Below, piece by piece: positions 49,364 through 62,178 of a stretch of 64,000 nucleotides of DNA. The first letter of the stretch is position 1. Every line of letters begins with the position of its first letter. A model generated the notes under the pieces. It was given only the letters and a program-made list of their open reading frames with translations. It was not told the DNA's origin and made no database searches. The position numbers and the translations under genes were made by a program. The stretch is from Octopus vulgaris (Eukaryota): assembly GCA_951406725.2 (NCBI GenBank), contig OX597838.1, forward strand, positions 992,001-1,056,000. Reading direction: 5' to 3'.

Positions 49364-49580
49364 TAAGGTGGCGAGCCAACAGAATCGCTACTGTGTCGGT
49401 TAAAATGCTTAGCGGTTTTTCTTCCACTTTTTACGTTCTGAGTTCAAATGTCGCCGGGGTCGATTTTGTCTCATCTTTTCGGGGTCGATAAAATAAGTAC
49501 CAGTCAATCACTGGGGTCAATGGAATCAACTCCCCACCCCATCCCTCTGAAATTTCTGACCTTATGCCAAACTTTGAAAT
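49364..49580 (+). mobile_element. SINE family A copy
   Basis: aaggtggcgagccaacagaatcgc...gagttcaaatgtcgccggggtcga...gataaaataagtacc. Confidence 0.85.
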
Positions 49581-49619
49581 CAATATTTCGTACAAATTTT
49601 TAAACAAGTTTTTTATAAA

Positions 49620-50560
49620 ACTGATGCAGACTTCATCGTCATCTCTCAATACAAGGGAGAAAGTCTGACTGTTTCACCTACAGGAGTTTAACTTTATTCC
49701 CCATCGCAGGGGAAAACCACCCAAGAATATTCTTGAACAGACTGGTGATAATCATTGCAGAACCCTTCCTCTCACCAGAGAACCAATCTGGATTCAAGCC
49801 AACAGGAGCACCACCAATATGGTAATTCTTCTTTGACAGCTTCAAGAGAAATATAGAGAACAGAACAAGGGACTAGATGTGACGTTTATAAACTTCACCA
49901 AAATGTTCGAAGCCGAGAGAAGGAGGAATGGCTTGTAGACAGAATGAACTGGATGTTCTCCTACTACCAAATTCCTCAATATGGTCATCAAGCTTAGTCA
50001 GGGTGGACCAGTAGAAACAAGAATCTTACAAAGCTCTTCGAAATACGAAATGGTGGGAAGCGGGACTGCGTCCTTGCACCTTTTCTCTTCTTTCAATATG
50101 ATACTTGTAGTGACCACAGAAGACCTCGATGGAGAGAATGGTTTCTAGATGTGGAACTACACCAATGGCAACCAGTTCTAGCAAAGGTAACTGCAGTCCC
50201 CCATTTGAAGAAAGACAGAAAGAGTGTACAGAGTTAGAGCACTGTGTGTGTACACTTCCAGACCCAGTCCACCCTGTTGTACGGCACTGAGTCATACGGT
50301 ACCTCCCGTCACAACCTCTTTTCACCTGCGCTACCTCTGCACCATTCTCAACATTCACTTGAATAACCTTGTTAGCAAATACTGAATCCTTCAACAGACT
50401 AGTATCCAAGATCATGCTACTAAAATGACAGCTGTACAAGGAAGGACAAGTTTCGAGGACTAAAGGTCATCACCTGCCCAACATCGTAAGATGAGCTGGA
50501 CTACCCACCCGGGAACCTCGACCAAAGGAAGTATACAAGAACTCTCCGAAGAAAAATAGT
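49620..50560 (+). mobile_element. RTE (BovB-like) LINE ORF2 remnant
   Basis: Fragments translate to ..IAG.., ANRSTTNMVI and QLQEKYREQNKGLDVTFINFTKMF (cf. QLQEKCREQ..LY..FIDLTKAFD). Confidence 0.85.
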
Positions 50561-50914
50561 TAAATTTACCGTTTCTACGTCGACAACGTTTTACACACAC
50601 ACACACACGCACACACACACTTTCCTTCTACTATCCACCAACGCCCCCCCCCCCCCCATCACTACAACTGACCTTTAATAGAATCAGCAACGCCCGAATC
50701 GGTATAAAAACCATAATCTCTCTCTCTCTCTCTCTCCTTCTCCATCACTCACTCTCTCTCAGTCTTTCTTTCTCTCTTTCACACAAATACACACATACAA
50801 ACAAACGCACAAGCATCCATACAAACACATCCATAAAAGCACACACACCTCTCACAGATACAAACTTGTACATACATAAGTGCTGGTGGTGGCGATGCCG
50901 TTGTTGCTGATGTT

Positions 50915-51270
<356 letters not shown>

Positions 51271-51627
51271 TGTTTTATGTCGCCATCGGCGCTGCATAGG
51301 TATCTGTCGTCTGGCCATTCACAACTCTGGCTTTCACAATAATGTCATTGTACTTCAACTGGGGCGCAGCTCACAGCCAGACAATTGTCAACTGAAGCAG
51401 TGTTCAGGCGTCATTTTATGACACATTTATATTTTTTCTTATGTGGGGACATATTTGTAAACAAATAGTTTTTATTCCGCCCAGTTAAGAAGTAGAGTTA
51501 TGTGAAATACTATGGATGGCGAGACGGATCAGATGCTCGCAGTAATGAGCTCGGAACAGTCAGAGCCTTAATAGAGTTCATTCGACTTAGACAGGATTTG
51601 AACACAGGGTTACCTACTTGCAAACAA

Positions 51628-51933
51628 ATGTGTTAACATGTGACATTATTGACCGAGGTTACCGTGGTCTTTTCCGTAGGCTTTTCTTTCCACGGATAAA
51701 CCTTATCTGCTTCCCCCTTTACACTTTACATCATGACATTTCTGTGATACACGATCCCTATTGATCGTTTCTTTTTTCTTTCTTTTTTTTTCTTTTTCTT
51801 TTTTCTTTCCTTTTTACGATCCCTTTTGATCGAAAACCTACACCACTTTATTTCTTTTCTCCCCAAAAAGAAAAGCTCTACTTTGTAATCTGTCCCGTCC
51901 ATGTGCAGCCCTATGTGGCTAATAAAGAAACAT
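51628..51933 (+). mobile_element. Retroelement 3'-end-like repeat; inverted partner of 56537-56817
   Basis: Ends gtggctaataaagaaacat, like the SINE A tail at about 2995-3013; reverse-complement match to 56537-56817. Confidence 0.75.
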
Positions 51934-52760
51934 TCTTCCGTTAAACAGAAGACTTCATGCTAATTAACTATGGTCTGTGTCAATAATTAACTTTTTAACT
52001 GAAAAATTTCGTGGTTATTCCAGTAATAATTTTAAGTATCTACCAAAAAATAGAATTGGTATTTTCTGCAAGTCACTTTGCCTCAATAGACATGACGAAT
52101 CTCAACAAAAATTAGTTCCAAACACGACATTCCTCAACGAAACAGTTTGGTGCACAAAACTGCGTTGCACGGTTAAGGACAATGGCCTTTTGAATGGATA
52201 TTTCTGGTTTCCGTCGCAAAAGGGTTTAATGAATTTAAACCGTTTAAAAGTGGAATAAATTCGTTTGTGAAGTGGGAGAGAGGGAGAGAGAGAGAGATAG
52301 AGAGAAACAGACAGACAGAGGGAAGGAGGGGAGGGGAAACGGGAACAGGGAAGGGGAGATATAATTGTTTTTAGTTCATTCATTTTGTTCTTTTGTATCA
52401 GAACATTAACATGGATGCATAGAAGTGAGTTCTACCCTTACATGTTGTCATAATATAATCCAACAAAGCTTCACCTTCACGTTGATGTCACATCATCGTC
52501 ATCATCATCATCATCACCATCTAATTCTTCACACCGCTACCTATTTAGTCAACAGCTTGTATACTGCCTCAGCTTTGTAACCTGTACCACTGATATATAA
52601 ACATGAAGTTATGCCGTGACCAGGCATGCTTGAAACTAAAAAGTAGGTAAACACTCAGAGCTTCGTTTTGCCTTCACTGTTGGATTATGCAATGAGCTAA
52701 ATTGCTTTTTTTTTTCTCTCCCTCTCTCTCTCTCTTTACAGACTTAGATCTACAACTGTC

Positions 52761-55107
52761 ATGGTGCGACACTACAAATGCAAAAGCGAGACGGCAACCC
52801 TTCCACAGGATGTAATCCAACAGGCTATTCAACAGATCCGAGCTCGTGTCATCTCCTTGCAGGAAGCTTCGAGAACATTTGGCATCCCTTTAAAATCTCT
52901 GTCTCGCTACTACACCAAGGCCGCTGAAGCAAACAACAACAACCACAGTCTTAGTGGATACAAAAAGCCACAGCAAATTCTCACCGACGAGTTCGAGAAT
53001 CAGTTAGAGGCTTATGTTTTGGCTGCCGCAGAAATTTACTATGGGCTTGCTCCAAAGGATGTGCGGAAATTGGCTTTTCAGATGGCAAAGGCAGATGGAT
53101 GTAATATCCCTCCAACCTGGCATGAGACAGAAATGGCAGGTGAAGACTAGTTCTCTGGATATCTTCAACGACACAAGAATTTATCCATAAGAAGTCCACA
53201 GGCAACAAGCTTGGCACGAGTAACAAGTTTCAACAACACAAATGTTGCTATGTTTTTCATCCAACTTGCTGAGGTGATACTTTGGTATAAATTTGATCCA
53301 TTCAATATCTACAACATGGATGAAACTGGCATAACAACTGTGCAGCGCCCCGATAGAATTATTGCCAGAAAAGGAACAAAGCAAGTGGGAAAAATGACAA
53401 GTGCAGAGAGGGGAACCCTGGTCACATTGGCATGCTGTGTAAATGCTGTTAGAAACAGCATACCACTGTTTTTTGTTTTTCCCAGGAAGAACTATAGGCC
53501 ACATTTCCTGAACAATGGACCATCAGGCAGCGATAGAGGTGCTAATCCATCTGGTTGGATGTGTGAAGAGCAGTTTGTGAAATTCCTTCATCACTTTGTG
53601 AGGAATGTGAATTGTTCAAAGCAGTCACGATGGACAATCACGATTCCCACCTTAGTATTGAGGGGCTGACTTATGCACCAGACAATGGCATCACCATGCT
53701 TTCTTTCCCACCTCACTGCACACACAGGTTACAGCCGTTGGACAAAGCGGTCTATGGACCACTGAAGAAGTACACAAACACTGCCATTGATGACAGGCAT
53801 ATCAACCATCCTGGCCAGACCATGACCATTTATGACATTCCGTGTATTGTCAAAACTGCATGGCCATTGACTGCAACTCCGACGAACGTTCTTAGTGGCT
53901 TTTCTTCTACAGGAATATTGCCCTTTTAATCGCAACATTTTCACAGACACCGACTTTGCACCAAGCTATGTCACTGACCGACCGGATCCTGCACTTTCAG
54001 CACCTGGGCCTTCAAGCAACATGGCCGCCAGGTCTTTCCTTTCACCATTTCAAATCCGCCCACTACCCAAAGCAGGCCCTAGGAAAGAATCAACCAGAGG
54101 AAGAAAGAAACGTTGTTCTGAAATCCTCACTGACCCGCCGGTGAAAAGAGCAATCATAGAAGAAAAGACAAAAAGTACAAGTAAAAAGAAGACAAACATT
54201 GATAAAGGAACGATAGGAAAGGGACTCATTAAGGGCAGGTCAACGAAGGGGAAAAGGTCCAACTGTTAAGAAAAAAGTTCAAATTCAAGAAAGTGATACC
54301 TCTGATGAGGAAGAGTGCTATTGCTTAGTGTGCTGCGAACCTTTTTCCAACAGCAAAGGAAGGGAAGTGTGGCTTCAATCTTCTGATTGTAAAGGTTGGG
54401 TTCACGAGGCATGCGCACCAAGTCTGACAAAATTACAAAGTCAGAAAACAGCACAGCTCCCATGACTTCAGGAAACATTTTTTCACGCTGAGAGTTGCTG
54501 AAGCATGGAACAAACTGCCGGCATCAGTTGTTAGTTGTCGGAGTACTGCATCCTTCAAAACTTCCATGCTTTCTGAGATTCACCAACACTACACCTGATT
54601 TTCTCCCCTCCATACACACACAAGCATGTATCTGACTCATGCATTGTTCGCTTTCCAGACATTTGTACATTACTGCATATACTCTGGCAAGTTGTGGTGC
54701 ACCTGAGCACTGTATACAATAATTTCATTATTATTATTATTATTATTAATATTCACATGCCCAAATTGTGACTCTGATGATGATATGTAATGAAACCGTA
54801 ATAAAGGCCCTTGATCAAACCAACAAGATTATATCATGTGTTTCTGTCCACTAACATGTATGTTCCAAGAAAATGCATTCGTGTGTCAACATACCCCAGT
54901 ATCGGGGCAAGTTGACACATTTAAGTGGTCTCAGAAAATGCACAAAATATAAATCCAGACAATAAGCGGATGAGATCTCTAGCTTCGTAAGTCTTCTGCT
55001 ATGGTTGCTTTATGCGTGTAATACAAGATGCAGTAGAATACATTGAATAGTGTTGCTCTGTCTGTGAAAATGTAAAGAATGTAGTCAACTAACCCCGGTC
55101 TCTCCTA
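52761..55107 (+). mobile_element. Decayed pogo/Tigger-type DNA transposon (psq-type HTH, CENP-B HTH, DDE_1, C-terminal PHD); transposase pseudogene
   Basis: Motifs SLQEASRTFGIP, IYNMDETG, MDNHDSH, PPHCTHRLQPLD and PHD CLVC..W.Q..C.GWVHEAC....CPNC. In-frame TAG at 53148 and frameshifts near 53625 and 53925. Right TIR-like ccccggtctctcc-TA at about 55093-55107; sub-terminal palindrome at 54885-54918. Confidence 0.9.
54430..54748 (+). mobile_element. CR1 LINE 3' fragment nested in the transposase PHD finger
   Basis: Translates HSSHDFRKHFFTLRVAEAWNKLPASVV..STASFK (CR1 C-terminus) and ends in (TTA)n; it separates WVHEACAP from IFTCPNCDSDDDM*. Confidence 0.85.
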
Positions 55108-55704
55108 CTTGTATAACGGTTTATATAAGGGACGTAACTTCAAAATATATATTTCGAATTAATTCCCTTATCTGATCGGTCCGTGTCTAACGCCAAGTTG
55201 ATTTCTTAATTAATTAATTAAGAAAGAAAGAAAGGTGGTTGAGTATGTAGGTCGGTAGCTAGTTTCCTCTTGCCTTCGGGCAGGAATTGAACACGATACT
55301 ACAGGTGAAGACACGTTTTTGCCATAAACCGATCTTGTTCTCGGAGCTAGCTGTGTTGTTATTATTGTAATACCTGATTAAACAAATTTCCAGCCGTGAC
55401 TACCCCGTCAGTTATTTAGGCATAGTTTATCCTGCACCTCGTATATCGTCTAATTTGTCACGTCTTTTTAAAGATTTAGCTGTTATTTCTCGCACAGAAT
55501 ATTTCCCTTAGCCCCCAGCTCAACAGTTCTACGATCATAGAGTTCCAGCTGTGACCATCCCTGCTTAGGACTATATTCTGCTATGTGCTATAGTCTAAGT
55601 CGGTAAACTGGACGGTTTCTGAGATTTAGCTGCTATTTCTAGTGAGTCTATTAACCACATGAGATTTCTTCCTTTCAGTCGACCAATATACATATAGACA
55701 TGTG

Positions 55705-56056
55705 TATACATACATACATACAAACATACATACATACATACATACATACACACACATACATACATACATACATACATACACACATACATACATACACACA
55801 CATACATACATACATACATACATACATACATACATACATACATACATACATACATACACATACATACATACATACATACATACACACATACATACATACA
55901 CACATACATACACACACACATACACACATACATACACACATACATACATACACACATACACACACACATACACACATACATACATACATACATACATACA
56001 TACACACATACACACATACATACATACATACATACGTACATACATACATACGTACA
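55705..56056. repeat. (CATA)n/(CA)n microsatellite
   Basis: Direct reading. Confidence 0.95.
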
Positions 56057-56536
56057 TGCACCTGATGTCTTTATTAGAGACAAACACTAACAACTGAGCC
56101 TGCTGTCACACCCTACTTTACTTACTACTAAGTAATTCTGATATTTGTATGTTGTAGGTTCGGATCACACCATGAGCATTTTGCCTTTTGCTCTCCTTGG
56201 ATCAATGAGTTCTTTTTAAATATTGAAATTCGAAGGTTAAGATGTTTAAATATGTCATTATTCACATCCATCGTGTACAATATTGTGTATGTGATCAGGG
56301 ATTATCTAATCCCTATTTCAACAGTGCTCTGTTTCGCTGATGAGTTTAAATAACACTGAAATATGCTTGCAGTTGTCTCCCGTACATAACGAAATGGTTA
56401 AAATAATTTCAATGAATTAATTTTGTCGTCGCATCAGGTAAATAAGTTTACTCTTAGGTAGAATTAACTGATGGGCAAACGTATATCTAGCTGTCTGGCT
56501 ATCAAGTTCCATAGACAAACAGACAGATAGATAGAT

Positions 56537-56815
56537 ATGTTTCTTTATTAGCCACACAGACGGGACAGATTACAAAGTAGAGTATTTCTTTATGGGGAGA
56601 AAAAAAAGTGGGGTAGGTTTTCGATCAAAAGGGAAAGAAAAAAAAGGAAGGAAAAGAAAAGAAAGAAAAAGAAAAAACGATCAATAAGGATCGTGTATCA
56701 CAGAAATGTCATGATGAAAAGTGTAAAGGGGGAAGCAGATAGGGTTTATCCGTGGAGAGAAAAGCCTACGGAAAAGACCACGGTAACCTCGGCCAGTAAT
56801 GTCACATGTTAACAC

Positions 56816-56817
<2 letters not shown>
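56537..56817 (-). mobile_element. Retroelement 3'-end-like repeat; inverted partner of 51628-51933
   Basis: atgtttctttattagccac...aatgtcacatgttaacacat. Confidence 0.75.
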
Positions 56818-56849
<32 letters not shown>

Positions 56850-56889
56850 GGACAGGCAGAAAGAGAGAGGAATAGATTAAAGAGAGGAA

Positions 56890-57440
56890 GTCGACAGGTA
56901 ATAAAGCGATCAATCCCGTCAGCCACCGAGTCCTGGTGCTGTGTGACGTCACCGCCTTCCAGCTGGCTCGTCTTGTACACGTCATTACGTTAGAAAGCGA
57001 GAACGATCAGTAAATCCTCCGAAAATTAATTAAAAGTTTAAAATGTCACCATTTCCTGCTACTTACCTACTTATACACACTAAATCATAACAGTTAAACT
57101 GAAATAAACTAAAATAAAATAAAAAAGACCCCCGTTGCAATAGTTTGTTAAAGCTGTCTTCCCATGATGCTCAGCTACCAGGCGTAATGGCTGAGATGGG
57201 AAATCGCTGGGAAGGTTCGTCTCCGTCTTTCATTCATTTTCCTTTCGTTCTCTGCTTTTTTAATCCCTTCTGACTTCACATAAACCACACCGTGGCATGG
57301 CATGATGGGCCAAGAAGATAGTTTACGATGCTTTGACGGCTATTAATTGTTTTGACGGGGGGAAAACTTTACTATTTTCCTTTCGTGCCTCGTTTTGTTT
57401 GTTTCTGCCCCAACAAAATAAATCGTCTGATCCCTTCGCC
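56890..57440. promoter_or_regulatory. Candidate CpG-rich promoter with CRE and ZNF143/Staf-like sites
   Basis: GTGACGTCAC (56943), TTCCCATGATGC (57159), reverse-strand GCCCATCATGCC (about 57299-57310) and a - strand donor AG|GTAAGT at about 57061-57068. Confidence 0.4.
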
Positions 57441-59074
57441 TTTTTATATATCACTCTATTAACTATAGACACACACACACACTTATACACGCTTTATGCT
57501 GTATATACGACACCACAAATCATACCATATATACACATATATATATACATATATAAACAAACACGCCTATCGATAATTACATAATTATTTATTTATTGTA
57601 ATTTGTGTTTATTGGTTTCTTTGATTTCTTTCACTTCCTTCATATATCCCTACACAACCACACACACACACACAAACACACAACCTCACACACACAAACA
57701 CACAACCTCACACACACGTAAACACAAACACACAACCTCACACACACACAACCACACACACACACAAACACACAACCTCACACACACACAACCACACACA
57801 TATGTAAACACGTTGATATTTTAATCTTGTCAAAAGCCCAGCTGTAACAAATGTGATCTGATCAGTCAATATGTATCGACTTCCGACAATATTAGATTTC
57901 CAAGAGCTGAACCACACTGTTGACCCGTGTAAGGCTTCGAACGTTACCCACTGGCAGCAAAATACTGCAAAGAAATGTCTAGTCCAGCTCCTATACTCCT
58001 TATAATAATAATTCGTTCGTTTATTGGCCACAAGGGCTTAATGAGGTTTTTAGGTTAAGTTAAGTGTGAAGGGAGGAAAGTGTTATTTGACACAACTGTA
58101 GGATCTGATGGTGAATTCACAGCACTTGTGGTTTAAGCCCTTGGCTTTGGTACCTTATTTTGTGACAAGAATGGAGTCTTGAATTGATCCAAGCTTATGT
58201 CTGGTTGGCAGTTTTATACATTTCCGGGAGAAAATACAAACATACTTGCTCATAAGCAGAACTACGCAGATAAAAAATGACACACACCACACACACACAC
58301 ATATATATATTTTAAAGAAGCCGTAGGCTCGCCATGAGGGTACCCTCTATGGCGAGAAACCCGGGGTAACCCTATAAACCGACCTTCAAATGTATTTATA
58401 ATCGTGCAGTTTTATTTCACTATGTCCGTCTGTACATGTATAAGTGTCTTTATATGTTCTAGATTCGAAAGGTCGCCATATATTTATGTGCTTGGTCTGA
58501 AGGTAGGGGGCAATGCCCATGACCTGTGCAGGTCATGTGGGACCAGCGAGATTGATGGTATTTTCCTCTGGAAGTCACACCACCTCCATGCTACACAGCT
58601 TGTGAAACACCCACACCAAACCCTTATTCAATGCTCATCTGTGGTCCCTGAGTCGCCTTTTAAAGAGAGTGATGAGATTGTTTAGCTCCCAAGTTATGCC
58701 TGATTGAGGAGGCCGACATGAGGGTCCAGCTAACCATCCCCACTCTTTGTTGTTTTTATTTTCGAACCGTACTATTCACTATGATTAGGGTGTGATTTGA
58801 AGGACAGTTGGTTACTGTTGTTAAGATGTCAACCGTCCACGTGAGAGGCTCCCTGGTTCATTCCTGGTAGGAAGGTTTTCAGTGGGGCTTAGCTGTTACA
58901 TTAAGTAGGTTATGTGATTATTGTGTATGCAATCCATTTGTACGTTATCTTGAATATCTATAAGGGACTTTTTGGGCAGGTGTGGCCCCTACTTTGTTAG
59001 GGTTGAGTGTAAAGACTTGTACAGTGATCCCTATCATAGAACTGTTGCTACTGCTGATGTACTTTATGCATGTG

Positions 59075-60035
59075 TACAAAGTGGTATCAAAAAGTTCCCA
59101 AAATAGTTATGTTTAATAAAAAGTATCTTATTTACCTAAATTTTAACATCATCCCCTTCAAAATAGTCCCCTTGCCCAGCAGTACACCAGTCCTGGTGTT
59201 CCTGCCACTTTTGGAATTTGACCTGGAAGTTGTTTTCTGTAAGTGAGTCAAGGACCCTCTGTAATTCACTCTTGATCTTGACAACGGTGTTAAAACGGCA
59301 ATCTTTGAACTACATTTTCATCTTTGGAAGTCTGCAGGTGCTAAATCTTACCAACAGGGTGAGTGCGGAAGCGATAACATGTTGTTTTTGGTGAGAAACC
59401 CCTGAGTGAAGAGAGTTCAGTGACAGGGTGCATTGTCGTTGTGAAGACTCCAGTCCTTTATGCTCCACAGATCCGGTCGCTTTCACTGAATGTCCTCCTC
59501 CCTCAAATTCTTTAAAACATTATTGGTTGTCCCCTAACAATCCCCATTGCACAAAACCTGATGCATTTTCTCCACATTTCCTGGGTGATGCTCGTGATAG
59601 GGCTTCTACATTGCTCATCGTCTTCCAGGCACATTCTTCCACTTTGAATTCTCAAACAAGTACATTATTGACATTGACTTGGACATGTCGGCCAGTTAAG
59701 CCATCATCAGACAGTCTTCCTATGTATCTCTCTCTCTCTCTCTCTTTCTACCTGTATATCTTATCAAAGGCTATGGTAACACCTCTAGGACTTGTATTAC
59801 AAAAAAGTGCACCCAGTACACTCCGTGAAAGGGCGTCTGGTTGTGGGAGCCATGTCTACAGCATACATGTGATCACAAAAACACAAATTTCACAATTTGC
59901 AAAGTAAACACAGCCATGTCACTTGACACTCCACCACATGAAGGTCTCTTCTGGCACTCATTTTGCATGCAACCATGTGCTGCTATCTGTTGGTGCACTA
60001 CGGAACTAGTCTGGGAACTTTTTGATACATTGCAT
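59075..60035 (-). mobile_element. Internally deleted mariner element with both TIRs
   Basis: TIRs caaagtggtatcaaaaagttccca (about 59077) and tgggaactttttgatacattg (about 60013-60033); the - strand gives GDYFEGD, a mariner C-terminus, at about 59150-59172. Confidence 0.8.
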
Positions 60036-60699
60036 ATATGTGTGTGTGTGTGTGTATAAGCCATCATTATTGTTTTATGTCTGCTTCTCCGTGTTAGCAT
60101 GGGTTGGACAGGTCATCACAGTCCATATCAATTTTATTTAGATCTGCTGTCCTCTGAGATGTGTTGGGGACCATTCTTTGGCTGTTCCATTTTTGACATG
60201 GTTCCCACAACTAGACGCCCTTCACTGACACCAACCATTTCACAGAGTGTACTGGGTGCATTTTTTTGTAATACAAGTCCTAGAAGTGTTACCATAGCCT
60301 TTGATAAGATATACAGGTAGAAAGAGAGAGAGAGAGATACATAGGAAGACTGTCTGATGATGGCTTAACTGGCCGACATGTCCAAGTCAATGTCAATAAT
60401 GTACTTGTTTGAGAATAGTAAATTTGTATTCTAAAAAGGATGGATTAACCCGTCAGATTAATGTAAAATTGTTGTTATTATAGCTGAACATAAAAACAAA
60501 CATTTATTTATACATACACACACACATATATATTAAGTAATTTTAGAGACAGAACTACCTTCAACTCAATCAACACTGAGAGGTTTTATACCTGACCACT
60601 CCATAAAATGTTAAAAATTAAATCTTTTATTAACTATATTCATTCTGAATCCTGCATTTTCCGTTTATAAGACGACACATGTTTCATGAAAGAAGGGAA

Positions 60700-61515
60700 G
60701 ATAAGGGTAGCGCCCATGGAGAAAATCTTTCACGACCATTTGCACACGGGGAAGTTGTCTGCACAATGGATTCCCAGGATGCTCGCACCTTTTCAAAAGC
60801 AGGAACGGGTCAATTGTTCCTAGGCTCTTTTGACAATGTGCCAAGAAAATGAAGAGGACTTTTTTCAGCAGACTTATCGCACATGATGAAACATGGGTCC
60901 ATCACCATGATCCTGAGACTAAAGCAATGAAAGCGTGAAAACTCACCATCAACAAAGAAGGCTCATGTCCAACCCTCAGCAAGCAAGATGATGCTCACAG
61001 TCTTTTGGAACCAGCGTGGATTAGTGATGATGGATTTTCTGGCAAAGGACACCACAATGCTTCTCTGCTGCAGAAATTGCTGGACATCAATAAAGCAGAG
61101 AGGCATGGCATGCTGACCAAAGGAGCCCACCTCCTTCAAGACAACACCCTAGTTCACAATGCACATGTTGCGCAGATGAAAGCATACTCCTGTGGCTATG
61201 AAATCTTTCCTCATCTCCCTTACTCTCCCAGCCTCGCACCATATGACTTCCACCTCTTTCCAACCATGAAGTCTTTTTTGAAGGGGAAGCACTCTTCGGA
61301 TAAATGATGAACTTATTTCTGAGGTGAAGTCTTGACTCCAGACGCAACCTACCGACCTCTACAGATAAGGTCTTCTCAGCTGCATAAAGCGATGGGAGAA
61401 GTGTGTCACCAGTGGTGGTGGCCATCTAGAGAAGGAATAATCATTATGCCAAGTTTCGTTTATCCCAGTCCCTGGGAAGTGGGTCAAGAGAAATCTTTAA
61501 TGAACACCTCTCGTA
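60700..61515 (+). mobile_element. Mariner transposase pseudogene (5' truncated)
   Basis: Motifs KLSAQWIPRML, LIAHDETWVHH, KMMLTVFW, LLQDN and HLPYSPSLAPYDFHLFPTMK, with stops and frameshifts; TIR-like end taatgaacacctctcg-TA. Confidence 0.9.
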
Positions 61516-61539
61516 TATATATATATATATACATATACG

Positions 61540-61800
61540 TGTTGGGGGTCATCTTTACTTTGTTATCTCCTACTTCTTCCCTCTCGTGTGTGACCCTTCT
61601 GTCTGGCAGTCGCCATGATAGATCGTTAGCCACTACACACATTTTTATTCTCTCCTTGTTTTTTCTGTGTCCCTTTCTGTGGGAGAACGTAGGCTCGAAA
61701 CGTAAAAGACTTTTTCCATTCCTGAGCGTTATACTAATACATCTGTTTGTTTTGTACACCACCTGTCTTTGTCTTTTGGGTTTTTTTGTAAACTCTCCCT
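61540..61800 (+). mobile_element. Penelope-like terminal-repeat fragment with degenerate hammerhead motif
   Basis: cttt-CTGTGGG-A-GAAC-gtag-GCTC-GAAAC-GTA-aaag at 61673-61708; homologous to 12695-12875. Confidence 0.55.
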
Positions 61801-61808
61801 ATATATAT

Positions 61809-61843
<35 letters not shown>

Positions 61844-61971
61844 AACAACTTATAACCAAGGGCAAAATAAGTTGTTTATAAATTTAACCTTTAAAGGTAT
61901 TTTTTTAATATGCTGGCCATTCATTGAATTTTTTTCAAGATTTTTATCCAACATTAGATGTCATCATCATC

Positions 61972-62017
<46 letters not shown>

Positions 62018-62019
62018 GC

Positions 62020-62178
62020 AATGGGCTTCTTTCGGTTTCTGTCTACCAAATCCACTCACAATGCTTTGGTCTGTCTGCAGCTATAGAAGACACTTGTCCA
62101 AGGTGCCACACAGTGGGACTGAACCTCGAACCATGTGGTTGGGAAGCAAGCTTCTTGCCACACAGCCATGCCTGCACC
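62020..62178 (-). mobile_element. SINE family B, 5' half
   Basis: gggcttctttcggtttc...gaagacacttgtccaaggtgccacacagtgggactgaacc...cacacagccatgcctgcacc. Confidence 0.85.

Noticed and set aside
57159-57203. C/D-box snoRNA or SECIS-like hairpin (ATGATG...CTGA with terminal stem)
   Set aside because: Too short (about 45 nt), imperfect C box and no SECIS geometry; better explained as a ZNF143-like site.
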